Shown here one piece after another: positions 57,754-64,000 of a stretch of 64,000 bases of DNA. The stretch comes from Candidatus Saccharimonadota bacterium. Lineage in GTDB: Bacteria > Patescibacteriota > Saccharimonadia > Saccharimonadales > UBA10212. The DNA lies in contig JALHRM010000001.1 of assembly GCA_022841445.1 (NCBI GenBank), positions 387,777 through 451,776 on the forward strand, given 5' to 3'. The translations under genes were made by a program, and so were the position numbers. Within the stretch, counting starts at the first letter, position 1. The number at the start of each line of letters is the position of its first letter. The notes below the pieces were generated by a model. The model saw only the letters and a list, made by a program, of their open reading frames with translations. It did no database searches and was not told the origin of the DNA.

Positions 57754-57791
57754 CAGTGACGCGAGGGAGCTAGCTGAGCTACAGTCCCTCG
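57754..57791 (-). pseudogene. degenerate copy of the tRNA-Ile 5' half
   Basis: The reverse complement CGAGGGACTGTAGCTCAGCTAGCTCCCTCGCGTCACTG shares TAGCTCAGCT and CGCGTCACTG with tRNA-Ile at the same 8-nt spacing. Confidence 0.5.
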
Positions 57792-57901
57792 TCAGACTTT
57801 ATGCCCCTGTCTCGTTTTGCCTTTTGGCAAAAGCTTCGACTTATGGCATGAGTCTTCCTCTCAAAATTGCAAATTAGAAATTCACAATTTTGGTATTGTT
57901 G

Positions 57902-57978
57902 TGGTGGAGCAACGGGGACTCGAACCCCGGACCCCCTGCTTGCAAAGCAGGTGCTCTAGCCAACTGAGCTATTGCCCC
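57902..57978 (-). tRNA. tRNA-Ala(TGC)
   Basis: The reverse complement is GGGGCAATAGCTCAGTTGGCTAGAGCACCTGCTTTGCAAGCAGGGGGTCCGGGGTTCGAGTCCCCGTTGCTCCACCA. Confidence 0.9.
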
Positions 57979-58095
57979 ACGTTCACATCTGTTAGATTCT
58001 ACCTTAAATAGTCGGTGTAGACAAGAAGCTACTTATAAGGCTTAAGCTGTTATGGTACTATCAATACAAAGTTAGATGGTGGTAAAAACGGTTAG

Positions 58096-58782
58096 ATGAA
58101 TCCTCAAGACCCAAATAATTTGCCTAGTACTTATGTTGACCCATATGCTCTGGCAAACTCACAGCCAGTGTATTCACCTCAAGCTGAACAGCAGCCCTAT
58201 GTAGAACAGGCCTATGTTCAGGAACCGTACCAGCAGTCAATGGCGCAGCAAACGTATGCCCAGCAGCCCGTTGGTTTGCCTCAGCAAGCTCAAGCATGGC
58301 AAGATCAGTCCAGCGCCTATGCTAGTCAATACACGTCCAATCAGGTTGCGATGCCTCCAGCAAGTAATGGTAATAATAAGGTGGCAGTATTGGCGATTAT
58401 TATCGCTGTTGCGGCATTGATTATTAGTACGACACTAAGTACTCTGGCCTTTATGCAGGCAAACAAGAAAGTTCCGACATCCAGCGGCGCAACAGGGCAG
58501 ACAACGCAGCCGACATCAGATGAATCGACCGATTTAGATTCTGGTTCTGGTGATAGTGCGGCTGCATCAAATAAGTTCCCGGAAAGTTCCAGGCAGGCAT
58601 TTTTGTCTGCCTGTGTGAGTTCTGGGGGGACAGATACTGCCTGTAGCTGCGTTTTAACTGGTCTTGAAGAGCGACTTACTTTTGAGCAGTTCAAAGAAGC
58701 AGATGCTCAAATAACAGCGACGGGGCAGTCTCCCGATTACTTTAGTGATGCTCAGTCCGACGCCTTACAATCCTGTTCCTAA
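58096..58782 (+). CDS. single-pass membrane protein with a Q/P/Y-rich cytoplasmic N-half and a small Cys-containing outer domain
   Basis: The TM segment is VAVLAIIIAVAALIISTTLSTLAF. The N-terminus contains PYxxQ-type low-complexity repeats. Confidence 0.55.
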   Translation: MNPQDPNNLPSTYVDPYALANSQPVYSPQAEQQPYVEQAYVQEPYQQSMAQQTYAQQPVGLPQQAQAWQDQSSAYASQYTSNQVAMPPASNGNNKVAVLAIIIAVAALIISTTLSTLAFMQANKKVPTSSGATGQTTQPTSDESTDLDSGSGDSAAASNKFPESSRQAFLSACVSSGGTDTACSCVLTGLEERLTFEQFKEADAQITATGQSPDYFSDAQSDALQSCS

Positions 58783-58793
58783 AACAGTCAATT

Positions 58794-58829
58794 AAAAAAG
58801 CCAGTGCATTTATGAACACTGGCTTTTTT
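58794..58829. terminator. bidirectional terminator between convergent genes
   Basis: AAAAAA-GCCAGTG-CATTTATGAA-CACTGGC-TTTTTT. Confidence 0.75.
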
Positions 58830-58842
58830 AAATCTTTTTGTT

Positions 58843-60867
58843 TTAGTTGTGTAGGGTGCTAAGTGGAGCAGTTGCTTTTACGGTGCGTCGGTTCTGTCGG
58901 ATAGTGATTAGGCGCTCGATACCAAGAAGTGCAACAGCAATGATTGCTCCCATGATTGGTAGACTCAAGTCTCGAGACGAACCAATACTGCTGCTGCCAT
59001 TGGATTTAGTGACTGCCAGTACGGCTTTGTCATCACTGTTATTCTCGCTAGCACTTTCGTTTGTTGGTGTGGTTGCGCCCACAGATGCAAGTGTATAGCG
59101 AGTATTCTTGTTTTTAGTGCTGTCAGCTGAATCGGCAGGAACAAATCGGAACACTTGCGGTGCACCTGATGAGCCACCAGATGCTACGGTAGTCGGAGCA
59201 GGGGTGTTACCGTACGCCGTATCAACACCGAAGCTACCTTTCCATTCACCAAATACATTGATGAACAATACACCAAACCAGTTACTGAGGTTGAAGGTGC
59301 TGTTGGTAATATTGGCGACGTTGACGCCCACATTGGCATCACCGGTCGTTGCATTGCCGCCGGTAGTGTTATGGGTAACATCAGCATTACCAGTTGTGGC
59401 GTTTGCCAATATGTTGTTATTGATCTGATTGTTGTTTGTGGCGTTGAGAGTAAGGTCTTCAGCACCACCACAGATGACGATACAGCTATTGGATGCAATT
59501 CCGCCACCGAGTGCTGCTGAGGTGCTGCCGGGGGCGTTCACGATAGCACCAACCCAATTGCCAAGAACGTTTATGAATACCAGCATGGCATCGCTGCCGA
59601 TGACTTGGCGACCAGTAAGGTTCAAAACAGTAAGTTTAGTATTGGCCTCACCGGTCGTTGCATTGCCGCCAGTAGTATTGCTGGCAACGGTGGCTGCTCC
59701 ACTTGTGGCAGTAGCGTCAATATTATTGTTAATGGCCTGGTTGTTATTAAATTCGGCCAATAAGTCACCATTTGCGATTGATGATGTATCAATGGTAGCG
59801 GTCGGAACATTACTGGCAAGTAAGGTATTTATGAAGTTTTCAGGAAGGAGCACGTCGCCTTCAAGATTGCCATAAATGTTGATGTTACCGAGGAATGACT
59901 GCTGGGCTCCGATGATCGAGTTGATCATATTAACGATATTGGCGACTGCACTGGCATTGCCGGATGTGGCATCTCCACCAGTGGTGTTACCGCTAACAGC
60001 TGCGTTACCAGTTGCGGCATCTAGAACAATGTCATTATTGATGACACCATTTGACTGTGAATTAATAGTCACATCATCATATACCGGGTAGCCAGAGCCG
60101 TTGGTGGCGGGTTGTACTTTTGTAAACATGTTTGGGTCTATGTATAGGTCGCCAACAACATTACCGTAAATATCTTGATTAAATGTAGTAAGGTTGCCAT
60201 TACCAAAACCGGCGGAAGATTGGAGTAAGTTAAACAAGTTGCTGATTATAGTGGCATTGCCAGTTGTGGCACTGCCACCGGTAGTGTTTCCGATAACTCC
60301 AGCGTTTCCTGAGTGGGCAGTAGAGTAGATACCATTACTTATGCTGGCATTGAAGAATGAATTAAACGTTGCGTCGTTGCCGTTCCCGCCTGAACCAATA
60401 ACGTTAGTAGAGTCCGGACCAGTATTATTGATTGTCGCATCTAAAGGACGAGCAGATGATATAACGTTTGGCTCATATTTACCAGTGGCTGGGTTGTACT
60501 GCCATTTAGTTGTGTCCCACATACCTGTATCTGGGTTGTAGCTATAGTTGGGAGTTCCTTTAGGCTTAGTCTGTTTTGTAACTGGATTCCAGGTATAAAA
60601 ATCATTTTCCCAGAGGCCTGTCTCTGCGTTATATTTGTATGTTTTTGCGTCTGCTCCAGTAGGTTCTGTTGGTCCAGTAACATTAGCTGGCGGAGCAGGG
60701 GCTGGCGGTATAGAAGGGGTAGGCGTCTCAGTTGTCGTTGTCTGAGGCGCAGGTTCGCTAACAGGCTGAGTTTCGTTAGCCAAAACGGTCAGAGGAGACC
60801 CTAAAACTAATAAAAGAGCTAGGCTCGATACAAGGGTTCTCTTTGCGATGTCAGCGGACTTTAACAT
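58843..60867 (-). CDS. large surface protein of the NTTGG-repeat family (4 extended units, C-terminal TM anchor)
   Basis: It begins with a signal peptide and a P/T-rich stalk, then YxYNPxTGxW repeats. It carries one NTGPDSTN motif and four NTTGGxAT[ST]GxA motifs, each followed by a hydrophobic N/I/G-rich segment. The C-terminus is LPIMGAIIAVALLGI plus RQNRR. Confidence 0.75.
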   Translation of the reverse strand: MLKSADIAKRTLVSSLALLLVLGSPLTVLANETQPVSEPAPQTTTTETPTPSIPPAPAPPANVTGPTEPTGADAKTYKYNAETGLWENDFYTWNPVTKQTKPKGTPNYSYNPDTGMWDTTKWQYNPATGKYEPNVISSARPLDATINNTGPDSTNVIGSGGNGNDATFNSFFNASISNGIYSTAHSGNAGVIGNTTGGSATTGNATIISNLFNLLQSSAGFGNGNLTTFNQDIYGNVVGDLYIDPNMFTKVQPATNGSGYPVYDDVTINSQSNGVINNDIVLDAATGNAAVSGNTTGGDATSGNASAVANIVNMINSIIGAQQSFLGNINIYGNLEGDVLLPENFINTLLASNVPTATIDTSSIANGDLLAEFNNNQAINNNIDATATSGAATVASNTTGGNATTGEANTKLTVLNLTGRQVIGSDAMLVFINVLGNWVGAIVNAPGSTSAALGGGIASNSCIVICGGAEDLTLNATNNNQINNNILANATTGNADVTHNTTGGNATTGDANVGVNVANITNSTFNLSNWFGVLFINVFGEWKGSFGVDTAYGNTPAPTTVASGGSSGAPQVFRFVPADSADSTKNKNTRYTLASVGATTPTNESASENNSDDKAVLAVTKSNGSSSIGSSRDLSLPIMGAIIAVALLGIERLITIRQNRRTVKATAPLSTLHN

Positions 60868-60918
60868 GATAAATATTTCCTTCTTTAGTTCTTGTCAGCT
60901 TGATTGGGTGGTAATTGC

Positions 60919-60954
60919 TAGGAGAGTTTGCATTTTTTGTGGCAAACTCTCCTA
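60919..60954 (-). terminator. 13-bp hairpin between the two minus-strand repeat-protein genes (terminator without a U-tract?)
   Basis: TAGGAGAGTTTGC pairs with GCAAACTCTCCTA. Confidence 0.4.
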
Positions 60955-60989
60955 GTTTACCGTCCACCATTACTGTTTTGTACTAATTA

Positions 60990-61574
60990 CTAGTTAGTTA
61001 CAGTAAGGCTAAGTTCAGTGGTGCTGATGTTTTCTGCGTCACCGCTAGTAGCGTTGCCACCAGTTGTGTTCTTGTAAACACTTGCGTCACCAGTTGAAGC
61101 TTTTTGAGAGTTGTTGTTAGTTACAGCAATGTGGTTGTTGTTTGTAACTTTAACAGTACTCTCGTTGTTGAACTTAATGCTGTTGTATGAGTCAGGACCA
61201 GTGTTCTCAATGGTACCTTCGTCATCGTGGCCAGAACCGTTGCCACCTAAGCAATCGCAAAGGCTGCCGCTGTTGTCAACGTTAGCGTCGACGCTCAACA
61301 GGCTGTCGTTCTTTGCGTTACCAGTGGTAGCGTCGCCACCAGTGGTGTTCTTTTTAACGTCAGCGTCGCCAGTGTAGGCGGACTGAGGGTTGTTATTTGT
61401 TGCACTCAGGTCATTGTTGTTGGTGACCCGTGTGTAGTGCCGGTTCTTGAATTCAACCTTGTTGGTTGAGTCAGGACCGGTAGTGTCGATCGAGCTGCTA
61501 GCTGCACCGGCTACCCCTGTGCTAAGGGCAAGACCCATGACAGCAACTGCTGCGTAACGTAGTAGTTTTTTCAT
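60990..61574 (-). CDS. secreted NTTGG-repeat protein (2 repeat units, Cys-rich linker)
   Basis: A GGAGG SD is present and the signal peptide ends in ..GVAGA. Two units of TGPDSxN...VTNNNxxxxTNNNxQxAxTGDAxVxKNTTGGxATxGxAxN are joined by SLCDCLGGNG. Confidence 0.75.
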   Translation of the reverse strand: MKKLLRYAAVAVMGLALSTGVAGAASSSIDTTGPDSTNKVEFKNRHYTRVTNNNDLSATNNNPQSAYTGDADVKKNTTGGDATTGNAKNDSLLSVDANVDNSGSLCDCLGGNGSGHDDEGTIENTGPDSYNSIKFNNESTVKVTNNNHIAVTNNNSQKASTGDASVYKNTTGGNATSGDAENISTTELSLTVTN

Positions 61575-61676
61575 ACTACCTCCTACATTAATTTTAATAT
61601 TTCGGGTTACTCGCCCGACTTAGAGGCAGCAGTGGTTGCCGATACCGCCCAAAAGTCGATCGACTACACCCACCGC

Positions 61677-62234
61677 TTACCTGTGTGCTGATGTCCTATC
61701 ATCACGCAGGTCTGACTGGGTCTCATTATTAACCTGACGATTATCTATTTGCAAGCTTGTCGAATTCTTTGAATAGCTGGAGCCGTCACTTTTGATGTCT
61801 ATTTTCAGATTGGTACTACTGGAGTTTGTCTTAATTGTTTTATTGACTACATCATCATTTTCGCCATCAACTTCTTGGCCATTTATGGTGAAGGTTGTAG
61901 TCTTATCGCCTTCGTCAGCGCTCATGTTGGTTGACGAATCTTTCTTGATACTTACCGATGTAGAACTTTTGACTTTGGAAACACTATCTTCTGAGTTAAG
62001 TGAGGAATCGTCTGTTGAAGCGGCGTCAGTTTTTACCGTGAAACTACTTAGCGAGGCATCGTTACCAGTAGGAACCATTGCAATGGCCAATGCTGGTGTG
62101 AGAGCGAGTAGGGAAATGCCGGTAATAAGACCTGCCTTACGGGTTGAGTGAGGCGACATCACTAAAGACAGTGACGACTTTGCTACCCCATGCACCTTAT
62201 TAATACCCGAACGCAGTTTGTATATTACGGCCAT
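61677..62234 (-). CDS. secreted or anchored Ser/Thr/Asp/Asn-rich protein (185 aa)
   Basis: A GGAGGG SD and a signal anchor (LITGISLLALTPALAIAM) are present. The mature part is low-complexity. Confidence 0.55.
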   Translation of the reverse strand: MAVIYKLRSGINKVHGVAKSSLSLVMSPHSTRKAGLITGISLLALTPALAIAMVPTGNDASLSSFTVKTDAASTDDSSLNSEDSVSKVKSSTSVSIKKDSSTNMSADEGDKTTTFTINGQEVDGENDDVVNKTIKTNSSSTNLKIDIKSDGSSYSKNSTSLQIDNRQVNNETQSDLRDDRTSAHR

Positions 62235-62463
62235 TGTCCCTCCATAAAGCTTCAGTTACATAAGCTTTGTTGCAAGCATTGTAAAAGTATTGAAAAGTAT
62301 AAGACTGTAAGAATTCTTACACTACGATTCTATTTGGCGTAAAAGTCAAAATAAGGATAAGCAAGAACAATTTATTTCTTTTTACGCTTGTATCGGTTCT
62401 ATTATATTTATATACGTAATATCTAAGGTGTTAGAACGTAGCTATTTTTGCATCATAATATGC

Positions 62464-62492
62464 TTGACCACCTCTGTTTGAAATGGTATCAT
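62464..62492 (+). promoter_or_regulatory. sigma70 promoter of the 23S rRNA gene
   Basis: TTGACC (62464-62469), a 17-nt spacer and TATCAT (62487-62492), about 215 nt upstream of the 23S 5' end. Confidence 0.65.
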
Positions 62493-62707
62493 CGTATGGC
62501 TGCTTGAGTTTAGGCCAGAGGCCAACAGTAGTTCAGTAAGGTTTCCAGCGTAAACTCAAGCTCACAGTACCTAATGAACAAGGTCTGTTTAAAGTCTTTA
62601 TATGAAGGCGAGCTCAGGGTTTGTAACTTAACAATTTGGCGACACGAATAGAAAAGCAAATGACAACGGCATATTGGTAATTACCAATAGCTAGTCAATG
62701 CATAACG

Positions 62708-64000
62708 TAAAAAGTTACTCAAGCGCACACAATGAATGCCTTGACGTAAGACACCGACGAAGGACGTGATTGGCTGCGAAAAGCCACGGGGAGCTGCCGA
62801 ATAAGCTTTGAACCGTGGATGTCCGAATGGGGAAACCTCACTAGAGTCATATCTGGTGGCACTTGTCTGAATATATAGGACGAGAACGCGGTAACCGGGG
62901 GAACTGAAACATCTTAGTACCTCGAGGAAGAGAAAATAACCAATGATTCCGGGAGTAGTGGCGAGCGAAACTGGATCAGCCCAAACCTTAACCATTTCCT
63001 TCTGGCAATTTGCCGGATAGGATAAGTTGGTAGACGAAAATGTTTAAGGGGTTGTGACATACAAAAAACCAGTTCAGAGTTCTAAACTTGTTTTAGAAAT
63101 CTGAACTGCTGCAGGAACTACCAATGTCCTGCGTAAGGTTCGATAAAATTGCAATGCGAGCAGAACAGTCTGGAAAGACTGGCCATAGACAGTGAAAGCC
63201 TGGTATGCCAAGTGTTGCAAACCTTATTATTTGTATTGTCGAGTAGGTCGGGACACGAGAAATCCTGACTGAATCTGGGGGGACCACCCTCCAAGGCTAA
63301 ATATGTCTTACGATCGATAGTGTACAAGTACCGTGAGGGAAAGGTTAAAAGAACCCCGTAAGGGGAGTGAAATAGATCCTGAAATTATGTGCGTACAAGG
63401 AGTCGGAGCCCTTCGGGGTGACGGCGTGCTTTTTGTAGAACGATCCAGCGAGTTACTAGCATTCGCAAGCTTAAGCCATTTGGCGGAGGCGTAGTGAAAG
63501 CGAGCCTGAATAGGGCGATTAGTGGATGTTAGTAGACCCGAAACCGGGTGACCTAACCATGGGCAGGCTGAAGCGTCAGTAAAATGACGTGGAGGGCCGA
63601 ACCGTAGCATATTGCAAAATGCCCGGATGACCTGTGGTTAGCGGTGAAATGCCAATCGAACTCGGAGATAGCTGGTTCTCCTCGAAATAGCTTTAGGGCT
63701 AGCGTCGCGTGGTAACAAGTAGGGGTAGAGCTCTGTTTCGGACTGGGGGTCGCAAGATTACCCACCCCTGACAAACTACGAATACTACTTGCGGAATCGC
63801 GGCAGTTAGAACGTCGGGGCTAAGCTCGGCGCTCGAAAGGGAAACAGCCCAGACCATCATCTAAGGTCCCTAAATATATGCTCAGTGGGAAACGAGGTGA
63901 GATTTCTTAAACAATGAGGATGTTGGCTTAGAAGCAGCCATTCATTTAAAGAGTGCGTAACAGCTCACTCATCAAGAGATCTTGCGCGGAAAATGTAACG
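62708..64000 (+). rRNA. rrl: 23S ribosomal RNA, 5' 1.3 kb (continues past the window)
   Basis: AAGTTACTCAAGCGCACACAATGAATGCCTTGACG...GACGAAGGACGTG...TCCGAATGGGGAAACC...GGGGGAACTGAAACATCTTAGTA...AGTACCGTGAGGGAAAGG. Confidence 0.95.

Noticed and set aside
62960-63150. Apparent extra sequence of about 100 nt in 23S domain I, including the hairpin CAGTTCAGAGTTCTAAA/TTTAGAAATCTGAACTG
   Set aside because: This region varies in length among bacteria. I cannot align it to a reference by eye with enough certainty to call it an insertion.
62681-63774. ORFs listed inside the 23S rRNA (62681-62995, 63093-63327, 63308-63610, 63553-63774)
   Set aside because: They lie within the 23S 5' domain, so they are spurious.

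Overview
The window is a chromosomal segment from a small-genome bacterium. The 16S rRNA looks CPR/Patescibacteria-like and most resembles Saccharibacteria/TM7: it reads GCGGTCATAC where most bacteria have GCGGTAATAC, and its V1 region is enlarged. This placement is from memory, not from a search.

Housekeeping genes:
- ndk, thrS, miaA, nrdR, rpmB, the infC-rpmI-rplT operon, comM/yifB and gyrB-gyrA.
- RNase P RNA and 8 tRNAs, all with an encoded CCA end.
- A complete 16S rRNA and the 5' 1.3 kb of a 23S rRNA.

Notable points:
1. The 16S and 23S genes are unlinked. Each has its own near-consensus promoter, and the 16S has its own processing stem and terminator. They are separated by 10.5 kb encoding surface or secreted proteins, with tRNA-Ile and tRNA-Ala on the opposite strand.
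2. That spacer holds three paralogous secreted proteins built from an unrecognised NTGPxSxN...NTTGGxAT[ST]GxA repeat.
3. A 121-aa ORF followed by an MvdC/MvdD-like ATP-grasp enzyme looks like a graspetide RiPP module.
4. A TasA/camelysin-like protein is paired with a SipW-type signal peptidase.
5. Two archaeal-type PurP ATP-grasp genes sit in tandem.
6. An orphan TraD/VirD4-like ATPase has a roughly 330-aa Pro/Gln-rich tail.
7. Many genes, mostly orphan hypotheticals, carry TTGnnn-17-TATAAT exactly 6-8 nt upstream of the ATG, which implies leaderless mRNAs.
8. There are two attenuator-type leaders: a T-box-like one on thrS and an unclassified one upstream of a DUF62-like gene.
9. tRNA gene fragments lie next to intact tRNAs at five places.
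10. Three ORFs are disrupted, two by frameshifts and one by an in-frame TAA.

No CRISPR array, transposase or prophage was seen. All functional calls come from motif recognition by eye, and all coordinates were hand-counted.
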